Below are positions 48,282 to 57,714 of a stretch of DNA of 64,000 nucleotides, one piece after another (position 1 is the stretch's first letter; every line of letters starts with the position of its first letter). Under the pieces are notes generated by a model, which was not told the origin of the DNA, did no database searches, and saw nothing but the letters and a program-made list of their open reading frames with translations. The position numbers and the translations under genes are program-made. The DNA is from Candidatus Gottesmanbacteria bacterium (GTDB taxonomy: Bacteria; Patescibacteriota; Microgenomatia; UBA10105; UBA927), in assembly GCA_963809665.1 (NCBI GenBank), contig CAWEKC010000001.1:94209-158208 (forward strand). The letters are read 5' to 3'.

Positions 48282-49019
48282 TCAAGTATACCATGCGGCT
48301 ACTGTCGCAGCCACTTTCCGGGAGTATTCCGGATCCGTCACATCATACCAGAGGATACCTTTTTGTTTCTTAAACCACGTCAGTTGCTTCCTAGCTATCG
48401 CATGTTCATTTATAATGTTCTCTTTGTTCATGCCTGCACGAATGCGCTCCTGTAAATGATCGTCAATTCGCTTGTATAAAACCTGAAGCGGAGCCGTTAA
48501 CCCGATAATCAGAACATCATACGGCAAAGGAATATTCCTTTTTACTATTGCTTTTGCTATTTCTATTTTTCGGATCAGGCGGCGGGGATTATTCCAATCG
48601 GAATCATTCATACTTCCCCGCGATGTCATATGTTGTAATTCCTGAAGTGTTAAATTCCGTTTACGAAAATTTTCATCCGGAGGTATATCCACAGTTTCAA
48701 ACGGATGTATTAATGCATGAATATACAACCCGCTGCCGCCCGCAACTATCGGTAATTTCTCACGTCTGAGGATATCACCAGCAGCAGCCCGGGCTAACTT
48801 CAACCAATGGGCTACGCTAAATTCTTCTCCCTGATCCACGACGTCATATAACCAGATGGGGACATCCGGCCGCTCTTTATTAGTTTCCAGATCATTCCCG
48901 CGGTACACCTGCCGGGAATCTGCGGAAATCAGTTCGCCGTTAAATCTTTTGGCAAGCCGGGCAGCAAGTGCCGTCTTTCCCGTTGCCGTCGGGCCGCAGA
49001 TTACCAGAATTTTATTCAT
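48282..49019 (-). CDS. miaA: tRNA dimethylallyltransferase (short)
   Basis: GPTATGKT, SADSRQVY, GGSGLY, ARKQLTWF. Confidence 0.92.
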   Translation of the reverse strand: MNKILVICGPTATGKTALAARLAKRFNGELISADSRQVYRGNDLETNKERPDVPIWLYDVVDQGEEFSVAHWLKLARAAAGDILRREKLPIVAGGSGLYIHALIHPFETVDIPPDENFRKRNLTLQELQHMTSRGSMNDSDWNNPRRLIRKIEIAKAIVKRNIPLPYDVLIIGLTAPLQVLYKRIDDHLQERIRAGMNKENIINEHAIARKQLTWFKKQKGILWYDVTDPEYSRKVAATVAAWYT

Positions 49020-50118
49020 ACGTACCGTTTATTAAATTTGTTTTATTAATAAGTGTCTCAAGAATTTCCCACCGACGCTTCTTTTCCGTATGAGACACAT
49101 CATCCGTATATATGTTGTGTGCCGCGGTCATCGGCCTGTCCGAATACATGGCAACATATGCTTTGGAAAACCCGACCTTTTTGGCAAGATGTACAGTGTT
49201 ATTAAACTGCGCCCTCGTTTCTCCGCAAAAACCGACAATAATATCCGTAGAAATAGTGACACGGGGAATGCGCTTTCGCAATTTCTCCGTTAATAACAGA
49301 TATTCTTCTCTCGTATACCACCGGTTCATACGTTTAAGAACCGTATTGTCTCCCGACTGCAGGGGCAAATGGATGTGCCGAGAGATATTGTTATTTCCCG
49401 CAATAATTTCAACAAGTTCATCGGAAAAATCCCAGGGGTTGCTGGAAATGAAATCTATTTTCTTTAAGCCTTTGATTTTACTGACTTCTTTCAATACATA
49501 CGGAAACAGAGTGGGGATGCGCAGTCTTCCGAGATGTTTAACATACACAGGTTTAATAGAATTGTTCTTTAAATCCGATCCGTACGAGTTTACGTTTTGC
49601 CCGATGAGCGTTATGTGCGTATATCCGCCACGGGCCAGAGTCTTACATTCCGTAAGAATCTCCTTAACCGGCCGGCTCATTTCCCTGCCGCGGGTAAACG
49701 GGACTACGCAATACGTACAGAAATTATTGCATCCGTTGGTGATGGGTACTAACGCATGAGTTTTTTCAGTCCGTACCGGAGTATAATCAAATCCTACTTC
49801 TTCAATGGGTAAAAATTCGTCAACGGCCGGTAATTTTTTCTTCAGTTGCAATAACATTTTCCCGGATGAATCCCTCACAGCCATGCCTACCATGCATCCG
49901 GTTAGAATTATATTTTGTTTTGATTTTTCAAGATTATGAATCAATCCGTAAACCCGGTGGGCTGCCTTTTCCCGTATCATGCACGTATTGATAACCACAG
50001 CATCCGCTTCCTCTATATTTTTTGTCAATGTATGCCCGCGTGATGTATATGCCGCGGCGATACGTTCGCTATCCGCCTCATTGGCTGCGCAGCCGAACGT
50101 CACGATGTGATATTTCAT
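49012..50118 (-). CDS. miaB: tRNA methylthiotransferase MiaB family (radical SAM, no TRAM domain)
   Basis: TFGC..N..DSE, NTC, GC; CNNFCTYC; HLPLQSG; adjacent to miaA. Confidence 0.9.
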   Translation of the reverse strand: MKYHIVTFGCAANEADSERIAAAYTSRGHTLTKNIEEADAVVINTCMIREKAAHRVYGLIHNLEKSKQNIILTGCMVGMAVRDSSGKMLLQLKKKLPAVDEFLPIEEVGFDYTPVRTEKTHALVPITNGCNNFCTYCVVPFTRGREMSRPVKEILTECKTLARGGYTHITLIGQNVNSYGSDLKNNSIKPVYVKHLGRLRIPTLFPYVLKEVSKIKGLKKIDFISSNPWDFSDELVEIIAGNNNISRHIHLPLQSGDNTVLKRMNRWYTREEYLLLTEKLRKRIPRVTISTDIIVGFCGETRAQFNNTVHLAKKVGFSKAYVAMYSDRPMTAAHNIYTDDVSHTEKKRRWEILETLINKTNLINGTYE

Positions 50119-50138
50119 AGTGGTATTCTACCAGAAGA

Positions 50139-50888
50139 TTATGTATTCAGTATGAACTTCTCGATCACAGTGGCCACGCCGTCTTCTTCCACACTCGGTG
50201 CCACAAAATCAGCTATGGCTTTCAATTCCGGTACCGCATTTCCCATGGCAATTTTAAGCCCGCAAGCCATTAGAAGCGGAAAATCATTGTACCCATCCCC
50301 CACCCCGATCATCTCTTGCGTCTGGATATTAAGTAGTTTTGCCACCTCAACGATACCATGAAGTTTTGACGCCTCCTTAGCTGTAACATCCAGGCTCATC
50401 TCACCGGGGGTCCAGGAAGGTATTTTAAAAATATTTACATCCGCTATCCTATGCAAATCTTTAATCGTCTCATCAGCTTTCAGTATATCGATCTCGGGAA
50501 CATACATGCTCATTATCCTGTTCCGTTTATGTACCCCGTGGAACAGTTTATCCGTTTTTCCGTCAAATGCGTGTACGTCTATGTGATGCGTCCTGAAATA
50601 GGCATAGACGATGTCAACATACTTTTTCTTTAACGGAAATTCTATAATCATCTTTTTCTTAACCGGATCATATATTTGTGTCCCTCCCGTCATGACACAC
50701 GGACCGGATAGTTGAAGGTGTTTTAAAATTTGTTGCGAAATATACAGCGGGCGCGATGTAGCAAGACAGACATGGATTTTTTTCCCCGCTTTTTTTATAG
50801 CCTCCGTAACACGTACGGATGGCAGGTTATCGACCCCATGAATGACCGTAGTACCGTCAATATCTAAAAACAGGGCTTTATACTTCAT
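50139..50888 (-). CDS. Cof-type HAD-IIB hydrolase
   Basis: DIDGT, ATSR, GDGYND, AMGNA. Confidence 0.93.
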   Translation of the reverse strand: MKYKALFLDIDGTTVIHGVDNLPSVRVTEAIKKAGKKIHVCLATSRPLYISQQILKHLQLSGPCVMTGGTQIYDPVKKKMIIEFPLKKKYVDIVYAYFRTHHIDVHAFDGKTDKLFHGVHKRNRIMSMYVPEIDILKADETIKDLHRIADVNIFKIPSWTPGEMSLDVTAKEASKLHGIVEVAKLLNIQTQEMIGVGDGYNDFPLLMACGLKIAMGNAVPELKAIADFVAPSVEEDGVATVIEKFILNT

Positions 50889-50895
50889 GAGGGAA

Positions 50896-51639
50896 TTATT
50901 TTCCGACGATTATCTCAACATCGGCGGAAGCGCTGGCCGGCAGATCGGTGGCAACAGTACCCAGTGTATATGTGTCTTTAAGGTCTGCCTCGAGATTCGC
51001 TACAGCATCTTTCATTGTTTCTTTCCCGTGAATTTCCGTCTCCGTATAGGTATAGTCAGCCGTATTTCCGGTACTGGCTACCGTATACCCTTTCTCTTCC
51101 AAAAATGTTTTCATTTTTCCCGCAGCTCCCGGTGTACCGCCGCCGTTAAGAACCGAAATTTCAAATGATGTTTTGTCAATGGTGGCCGGTGTCGGGGTGG
51201 GGGTCGGCGTGGGTGTTGCAGTCGGAGTGGGAGTTGGCCGCGCAAATAATGTGAGCGGTGATGTTTTCTTGGCCGCGGCATACAAAATCCCTCCCGTGAG
51301 CAGGGCAACAAGAATGGTGACAATTGCCCATACAAATAACGATGCGGCTGGTTTATTCTTGTGAACGGATATTTCCGGCATAACGTGTGACTCCTTTGCC
51401 TCCTGATATAATTCCTCAACTTTCTCTTTACGGATTTCCGATTCCGGTGTTGGTTCCTCATCCGGAACAGGCGGAGTTTCTTCAGGTGCCGGTTCCGGCG
51501 TGGGTAAGGATACAGGCGCTACAATCTCCTCCTCAACCACTTCCACCACTTGTGTAACCGGAGCACGTACCTCTTCCGGCTCCGCAGCTGCCTGCGCTGT
51601 CATTTTATCGGTGAGCGTTTTCCTTCTTCGGGACGGCAT
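50896..51639 (-). CDS. Membrane protein with LytR C-terminal domain
   Basis: Acidic Pro-rich N-terminus, TM, PT repeat, VLNGGGTPGAAG...IIVG. Confidence 0.85.
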   Translation of the reverse strand: MPSRRRKTLTDKMTAQAAAEPEEVRAPVTQVVEVVEEEIVAPVSLPTPEPAPEETPPVPDEEPTPESEIRKEKVEELYQEAKESHVMPEISVHKNKPAASLFVWAIVTILVALLTGGILYAAAKKTSPLTLFARPTPTPTATPTPTPTPTPATIDKTSFEISVLNGGGTPGAAGKMKTFLEEKGYTVASTGNTADYTYTETEIHGKETMKDAVANLEADLKDTYTLGTVATDLPASASADVEIIVGK

Positions 51640-51677
51640 ACACGTAGTGTAGCATATTCTTTTATTTTGTCACGCCC

Positions 51678-52469
51678 CTAGCTGGATGCCGATGCATATT
51701 TGGTCAGTGCTACCTTCCAAAGCCTCAAACAGATAAGGAAAAAAAATATACCTAGCATAAACGAAACAATAATTACCCACGGGGTTAATAATCCTAAAAA
51801 AGCTTTCGCCGGTACAGTCATCATGACGCCGACAGGAATAATGAACGTGATGATGGTCCGCATGGGTTCGCGGTATATATCAACCGGTACCCTTCCCATA
51901 CTGGTCAGGTCCCGGTAAATCATCACCGCGTGGTCTATTTCCGTGGTTACAATAGCCAACGCCAATACCAGAATATGAAAAGCGGTTGCTATGAGTAATC
52001 CGTTGGCAATAAGAAGGAGATACAAAATCACATGCAATACGGATACCGTTCCTAATCTTCCGGCAACATACATAAGTATCGCAATGTATGGGATAAGCAT
52101 GAGTAAATCCAAGGGGTCTGCACCGCCCGCCAGCGCTCTGAACAACGGATTCATGGGTTTCACCAATATCAAATCAAAGTCCCCGCTGACAACCATGGGC
52201 CGGAAACGGTACACTTCACGGAAAAAAAGTTGTGTAACGGTATCGATGACCGTATACGTCAAAAAGAAAAATGAAAATTGGATGACACCGTAATCCGCAA
52301 GTTTATTCGTTTGAGAAAATAATACCCAGATAAAACCAAGCATTAATCCGAACCTGAGAATTTTACCCAGCAAATAAATTATTGCGTTAAATTTAGATGT
52401 GAGGGAAATAAGGAAAGAATTTTCCGTCAGTTTCAGCCAAAGATGCAGATATTTAATACATGTTTTCAT
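51678..52469 (-). CDS. ABC-2 family permease (DUF990-like)
   Basis: GDFDLILVKP, PVDIY, YASASS terminus. Confidence 0.88.
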   Translation of the reverse strand: MKTCIKYLHLWLKLTENSFLISLTSKFNAIIYLLGKILRFGLMLGFIWVLFSQTNKLADYGVIQFSFFFLTYTVIDTVTQLFFREVYRFRPMVVSGDFDLILVKPMNPLFRALAGGADPLDLLMLIPYIAILMYVAGRLGTVSVLHVILYLLLIANGLLIATAFHILVLALAIVTTEIDHAVMIYRDLTSMGRVPVDIYREPMRTIITFIIPVGVMMTVPAKAFLGLLTPWVIIVSFMLGIFFFLICLRLWKVALTKYASASS

Positions 52470-52472
52470 GAG

Positions 52473-53267
52473 TTACCTGCCTTCCGCCGTATAAACACGT
52501 AACCCTTTCTGCCATAATAACCGGACGGCCAGAGCGAATATCCCGATCCAGAGGGACGCTCCGGCAAAGCCGGACACAAGATCCCACCCGGTAATTTTTC
52601 CCATATAGATGCCCAGAGGAAAATACAGAAAATAATAAAACGGCAGGCTTTTGGAAATAAGAAATAATGTTTTGGGCAGTATATCCAGGGGGAATATGCC
52701 CCCCGCTAAAAATTCCATAATGACGAATGATAAAAACCGGGGCGCCCACACATCCTGAGTCCAGAATCCCAGGAAACCGAAAATCATATTGTAAAGAAAG
52801 TACAACACCATTCCCAGGCCTGCCGCTGCCAGTGCGACAAAAATGACAGGCAAACTTGCCTGAAGAAATAACGGCGGACGGAGAATCAAAAATAACGCGG
52901 TTACCTCCACGATTGAAAAGAGCAAATTTAATAATTTATCGCCGGTATCCCGTGCGATGTAATAGGAAAAGAAGGAAAACGGTCGTACCAGGTGATTGGA
53001 TAATTTTCCCTCATTGATGATATCCCCTATTTCCATCGTCGTCGTGCTTAAAATAATAGTCCGTACTATTGAACTTAATAAAATATACGTGAGCATCATG
53101 GATTCCGTATACCCGGCGAAAATCTGCCGGTTTGAAAATATCGCCCACCAGAGGAAATAGGTAACCAATATCTGCATCACCATACGTACCCGCCACAGGA
53201 TAAAATTCAGGCGGTATGCCATATACTCAGCCCAGGTGTCTTTAATTATCTGGAGATAAATTTTCAT
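52473..53267 (-). CDS. ABC-2 family permease (DUF990-like)
   Basis: YRLNF, G.LSNHLVRP, GGIFPLDILP, YTAEGR terminus. Confidence 0.88.
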   Translation of the reverse strand: MKIYLQIIKDTWAEYMAYRLNFILWRVRMVMQILVTYFLWWAIFSNRQIFAGYTESMMLTYILLSSIVRTIILSTTTMEIGDIINEGKLSNHLVRPFSFFSYYIARDTGDKLLNLLFSIVEVTALFLILRPPLFLQASLPVIFVALAAAGLGMVLYFLYNMIFGFLGFWTQDVWAPRFLSFVIMEFLAGGIFPLDILPKTLFLISKSLPFYYFLYFPLGIYMGKITGWDLVSGFAGASLWIGIFALAVRLLWQKGLRVYTAEGR

Positions 53268-53279
53268 AGCAGATACTAA

Positions 53280-54254
53280 TCATCCCGCTTTCGTAAATAC
53301 ATCACGGATAATATCTTCGATATCCGGTTCTTCAATGTTGAGGTCCGCAACCGGAAATTCCTGCAGAATCTGGGCGGCCGCCACATTGGAGGCACACCTC
53401 GGAACACGGATGACGGCTTTGGGGAAATTGTAATCAATCAGATCACCGACGCCGGCGAGTTTACTGGGCGCAACGTACGTTTCCAAAACCACGGATAATA
53501 CTTTATACTTTGCAAATTTACTCACCAGATTATCCAGTTTGCCGTCGTACAAAATGGATCCGTGATCAATAATAATGATGCGCTTGGCAAGCTGCCGCAC
53601 ATCTTCCATATAATGTGATGTAAGGAGAATTGTGGATTTGCGAAGCTGGTTATATGCCAGGATAAAATCGCGCATCTTTTTCTGCATGACAACATCGAGG
53701 CCGATCGTCGGTTCATCCAAAAACATGACCTTGGGTGAATGGATGAGCGCAGCGATGAGTTCCATTTTCATTCGTTCCCCCAAAGAAAGCTTACGTACCT
53801 GAACTTTTAGCAAATTTTCCACTTCGAGAAGTTCTACCAGTTCCGAAAGCGTTTTATTGTATTCTATGTCCGGTATTTCATAAATTTCCTTGTTCAGAAG
53901 AAATGTATCAGCCGCCGGAAGATCCCACCATAACTGATTTTTCTGTCCCATAACCAGGGCGATTTGTTTTAAAAATTGGTGTTTCCGCTGATTTGGTGTT
54001 GCATCCAGCACCCGAACTCTCCCGCTTGTCGGATACAATAAACCGGAAAGGCACTTAAGCGTCGTGGTTTTACCGGCTCCGTTTGGCCCGATAAACCCGA
54101 CGAGCTCCCCTTCTCCGATGTCAAACGAAATGTTATTGACAGCTTTTACCGTCTGGTATTTCCGTGCAACTAATGACTTGAAGGAACCCAAAATACCCGG
54201 TTCTTTCAGAAAAGTTTGGTAGTATTTTGACAGATGAGAAACGGAAATAATCAT
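53280..54254 (-). CDS. ABC transporter ATP-binding protein
   Basis: GPNGAGKTT, GQKNQLWWDLP, LSLGERMK, LDEPTIGLD. Confidence 0.94.
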   Translation of the reverse strand: MIISVSHLSKYYQTFLKEPGILGSFKSLVARKYQTVKAVNNISFDIGEGELVGFIGPNGAGKTTTLKCLSGLLYPTSGRVRVLDATPNQRKHQFLKQIALVMGQKNQLWWDLPAADTFLLNKEIYEIPDIEYNKTLSELVELLEVENLLKVQVRKLSLGERMKMELIAALIHSPKVMFLDEPTIGLDVVMQKKMRDFILAYNQLRKSTILLTSHYMEDVRQLAKRIIIIDHGSILYDGKLDNLVSKFAKYKVLSVVLETYVAPSKLAGVGDLIDYNFPKAVIRVPRCASNVAAAQILQEFPVADLNIEEPDIEDIIRDVFTKAG

Positions 54255-54277
54255 GACCTTATTATAATCCTTATTCC

Positions 54278-54312
54278 CAAAAAGAATCCCGACGTAACGT
54301 CGGGACTCCTTT
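54278..54312 (-). terminator. Intrinsic terminator of hup, built on the CCCGACGTAACGTCGGG palindrome
   Basis: Minus strand AAAGGAGTCCCGACGT-T-ACGTCGGGATTCTTTTT. Confidence 0.75.
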
Positions 54313-54335
54313 CAATGTAAGTTTTAGGTAACGAT

Positions 54336-54608
54336 TTACCGGACAACTTTTTTCAATGCCTTACCTGCCGTAAATCCGGGGGTTTTCCGTGCCGGAATTT
54401 GTATCGGCGCTCCGGTTTGCGGGTTTCTACCCGTCCGGGATTTCCGTGATCGGACCATGAATGTTCCGAATCCTGTCACGACGACTTTGTCGCCTTTCTT
54501 GAGTGCGTCTGTAATTCCTCCAAAGACTGCTGCGACTGATTCACGTGCTGCTTTTGCGGTAAGATTCGCTTTCTTTGCCACGACTTCGACTAAATCTGCT
54601 TTTGTCAT
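54336..54608 (-). CDS. hup: DNA-binding protein HU
   Basis: MTKADLV...GFGTF...RTGRNPQTG...FTAGKALK; RBS AAGGAGGTGA. Confidence 0.97.
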   Translation of the reverse strand: MTKADLVEVVAKKANLTAKAARESVAAVFGGITDALKKGDKVVVTGFGTFMVRSRKSRTGRNPQTGAPIQIPARKTPGFTAGKALKKVVR

Positions 54609-54691
54609 AGAATTGTAATTCACCTCCTTCGGGCAGAGGGATAGGACAGGAAATTTTTTTTCAGAGATTGCTGCAGCAACCTTTGAGAGGC

Positions 54692-54720
54692 AATGTAAAG
54701 AATTTAGATTGCTCTGTCAA
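54692..54720 (-). promoter_or_regulatory. Sigma70-type promoter of hup
   Basis: TTGACA, 17 bp spacer, TACATT on the minus strand. Confidence 0.7.
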
Positions 54721-54769
54721 TATATCAATTTTCGCAGATTGTCACAATGCGCTAAAAAATATTATTTTT

Positions 54770-56266
54770 TTACTTAGCTATCTCTGTTGCTCTTAATTCC
54801 CGGATGACGGAAATTTTTATTTGACCCGGATATGTGAGTTTTTCTTCCACTTCTTTTTTAAGATCCTGCGCCATCAGTGTCGCTGCCGCGTCATCAATGG
54901 TTCCGGGATCCACGACAACGCGGATCTCGCGGCCTGCCTGGAATGCGAACGCCTCGCTTACCCCTTTATGCGCCTTTGCAATACCCTCCAGCTCCGCAAG
55001 GCGTTTAATATATTCCTCAACGTTTTCATTGCGGGCGCCGGGCCTGGCCCCTGATATGGCATCTGCAATGTATACGAGTATCGCTTCGCTTGACGTAAAC
55101 GGTGTATCCTCATGGTGCTGCGCCACACAGTCAACAACTTTTTGCGGCATCCCGTATTTCTTCAGAAGCTCAACGCCTAAATCTACATGTGTTCCCTCAC
55201 GGTCCATGATGACTTTACCGATATCATGCAATAAACATCCCAGTCTCACGACATTGACATCTGCCCCGACTTCGCGCGCAAGGGCAATACCTATTTTCGT
55301 TTCCTCAAGTGTATGGGCAATCATATTTTGTCCGTAAGAAAAACGGTATTTAAACCGCCCCAAGTGAGCAACGATCGGTGCGGGTAAATTGTAAACGCCC
55401 ACGGCATGGCAAAGTTTTTGTCCTTCCTCAAACATGATCCGTTCTACCTCTTTCCTTACCTGTTCAACAATTTCTTCAATACGGCCCGGTTGCACGCGTC
55501 CATCGCGAAGTAACCGCTCCAAAGTAACTCTGGCAATCTCACGTCTCACCGGATCAAAGCATGACAGCCGGATCACTCCCTCTTCATCCAAATCCACATC
55601 CACGCCCGTTGCCGTTTCAAACGCACGGATATTACGTCCTTCTTTCCCGATAATGCGGCCCTTCATTTCCTCATCGGGTAATTTGATGACGGACACCGTG
55701 TATTCTGCAACATAATCGGTTGCCCCGTGACGCATGGCATCAACAAGGATATCTTTAGCTTTTGCATCCGCTTCTTCTTTGGCGCGGTCTGACGATTCCC
55801 GGACCTCGCGGGCCAGATTTTCTTTCAGCTGATCCCGCATCGCATCCATAATGACTGCCCGCGCTTCATCGCGCGTAAGATGGGCTACTTTTTCTAATTT
55901 ATCTAAATGTTGCTGCTTAAGCTGTTCCGCCTCTGCAGTTTTCTGTGTAACCTGTAATTCCATTGTTCTCAACCGGAGATCACGGTCTTCCAATGCGCCT
56001 TCTTTGCGCTCAAGATCAATAAGCTTGCCTCTCGATTCTTCCTCCGCATCGCGGCGTATTTTGAATGCCTCGTCTTTGGCTTCCACAACCAGTTCCCTTG
56101 CCTTCGCTTCTGCGATTTTGACAACTGCCTGTGTATCCACGGAAATTGTAGGTGCTTTTGGTTTTACCGGTTGGGGCTGTTGTTTTATTTGGGGTGCGAC
56201 TTGCGGAACTCCCCCCGCTTGTTTATTTTTTACCAACCCGGAAAGGGTTTTAAGTACATCAAACAT
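54770..56266 (-). CDS. rny: Ribonuclease Y
   Basis: Coiled coil, KH MKGRIIGKEGRNIR, HD LLHDIGK, ADAISGARPGAR, QAGREIRV. Confidence 0.97.
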   Translation of the reverse strand: MFDVLKTLSGLVKNKQAGGVPQVAPQIKQQPQPVKPKAPTISVDTQAVVKIAEAKARELVVEAKDEAFKIRRDAEEESRGKLIDLERKEGALEDRDLRLRTMELQVTQKTAEAEQLKQQHLDKLEKVAHLTRDEARAVIMDAMRDQLKENLAREVRESSDRAKEEADAKAKDILVDAMRHGATDYVAEYTVSVIKLPDEEMKGRIIGKEGRNIRAFETATGVDVDLDEEGVIRLSCFDPVRREIARVTLERLLRDGRVQPGRIEEIVEQVRKEVERIMFEEGQKLCHAVGVYNLPAPIVAHLGRFKYRFSYGQNMIAHTLEETKIGIALAREVGADVNVVRLGCLLHDIGKVIMDREGTHVDLGVELLKKYGMPQKVVDCVAQHHEDTPFTSSEAILVYIADAISGARPGARNENVEEYIKRLAELEGIAKAHKGVSEAFAFQAGREIRVVVDPGTIDDAAATLMAQDLKKEVEEKLTYPGQIKISVIRELRATEIAK

Positions 56267-56271
56267 ATTGT

Positions 56272-56415
56272 TATGAAGATTTATGGAAGAAGAAGTGCAG
56301 CAAAAAACCCCGCATTTTACGCGATGGCGTCAGTAGGAGCTACATGGAAAAATACAGAAGTGTGCATAATCCTACAATAGTGCTGTTTCAATCTCCAAAA
56401 ATCTACGTATTTACT
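56272..56415 (-). ncRNA. Candidate structured RNA (6S-like or rny leader)
   Basis: Three nested complementary segments forming a rod with an internal bubble; TACAAT at 56427-56422 upstream. Confidence 0.45.
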
Positions 56416-56433
56416 CTCTATATTGTACGCTTC

Positions 56434-56910
56434 TTACTCTTGTTCGTCAATGAGCTTTCGGATTATTTCGAAGTCAAATCCCCTCCGGCCCAGATAGTCG
56501 TATAGCTTCTTCTTACGCGCCATTGGCGGTAATTTACGCCATAGAGGCATCTTCTTAGCAATAGCATGCCTGGCAGCCTCCAAGAGGCTTACAGAGCCTC
56601 GTGAGGCCAGCGCCGTCGCTATCACGGCATCGGGAACACCCTTACCTCGCAGCTCCATCTGAATATACCGGTTTCCCTTGGGCTTAAACTCGGTCCGCTG
56701 GGCTACCCACCACTCCGCAAACTTTACATCATCTGCGTACCCCAACTCCTCCATCCGACCCATAACTTTAGCCAGTAGTCCGGCGCCGGAGACCTTCCAT
56801 CGGGTAAGTTTCTTGTTCAGGAAGTCGGTAAGCTCTTTTTTGCTACGGGGACGGAAAGACACATACCTAATCGCGGCATTGACAAGAAGTTCATAGTACG
56901 GATTATCCAT
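56434..56910 (-). CDS. recX: Regulatory protein RecX
   Basis: RPRSKKEL, GYADDVKFA, KGNRYIQMELRGKGV, YLGRRGF. Confidence 0.92.
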   Translation of the reverse strand: MDNPYYELLVNAAIRYVSFRPRSKKELTDFLNKKLTRWKVSGAGLLAKVMGRMEELGYADDVKFAEWWVAQRTEFKPKGNRYIQMELRGKGVPDAVIATALASRGSVSLLEAARHAIAKKMPLWRKLPPMARKKKLYDYLGRRGFDFEIIRKLIDEQE

Positions 56911-57535
56911 GGAGTGTTTTTATAATGTTAGGGAGCTCTTTAAACGACGATACATAACCATCCGGGTTGCCAACCGGTGTTTTGGAACAGATAATAACTT
57001 TCATTTTTGCAGCTTTTGCCGCTTGAATATCGCTTTCCATATCACCGATGTACACGGCATCTTGCGGTTTTACGTTAAGCTGGTGCGCGGCAAATGTCAA
57101 AGGTTCCGGATGCGGCTTGTGGTTCACCGTATCTTCGTATGCAATCACAGTAGAAAAATATTGTTGCAATGCCGCCAACTTTGAAAATTCAAATACACCG
57201 TTCTTTATCCTGCTCGTGACAATTCCCAATGGATATTTTTTATGAAGTTTTTTTAATGTTTCAATTACACCGGTATGTAATTTTAGTAAATGAAGCGGAT
57301 AAGGAACTATGCGTTTGCTACCCATTTTCCAAATCCTTTGAATTTCTATTTCAGAACGGGATTTGGTAACTTGTTTGATAACTTCTGTCAGCGTTAAATG
57401 ATACATCCCACTATACATTTCTCTTGTGAGAGGTTCATATCCTGCCTTAGAAAATAGATCTTGACAGAATTTCAAATTCGCATTAAAAGAATCTATGAGA
57501 ACGCCATCAATATCAAATAATATAGCCTTAATCAT
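56903..57535 (-). CDS. HAD-IA family hydrolase (phosphoglycolate phosphatase-like)
   Basis: FDIDGVLIDS, KPHPEP, YIGD..SDI. Confidence 0.92.
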   Translation of the reverse strand: MIKAILFDIDGVLIDSFNANLKFCQDLFSKAGYEPLTREMYSGMYHLTLTEVIKQVTKSRSEIEIQRIWKMGSKRIVPYPLHLLKLHTGVIETLKKLHKKYPLGIVTSRIKNGVFEFSKLAALQQYFSTVIAYEDTVNHKPHPEPLTFAAHQLNVKPQDAVYIGDMESDIQAAKAAKMKVIICSKTPVGNPDGYVSSFKELPNIIKTLHG

Positions 57536-57560
57536 GAGTTAGGAGGATACAATAAAATTT

Positions 57561-57637
57561 TGGTCGGGGTGGGCAGACTTGAACTGCCAACCGCTCGCAC
57601 CCCATGCGAGTGCGCTAGCCAATTGCGCCACACCCCG
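57561..57637 (-). tRNA. tRNA-Pro (anticodon GGG), CCA encoded
   Basis: CGGGGTG/CACCCCG acceptor, CTCGC-ATGGGGT-GCGAG anticodon arm, GTTCAAGTC T-loop. Confidence 0.95.
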
Positions 57638-57714
57638 ATTGATTGCTTGTATTCTACCATCTTTTATGTAAAAATGGGATAATTCTTCCCACTTGCCCAC
57701 AAGAAAGGAAACAT

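Noticed and set aside
51183-51240. PTPTPT-encoding repeats (also near 28310-28345 and 21800-21910)
   Set aside because: Ordinary low-complexity linkers of surface proteins, not DNA-level elements
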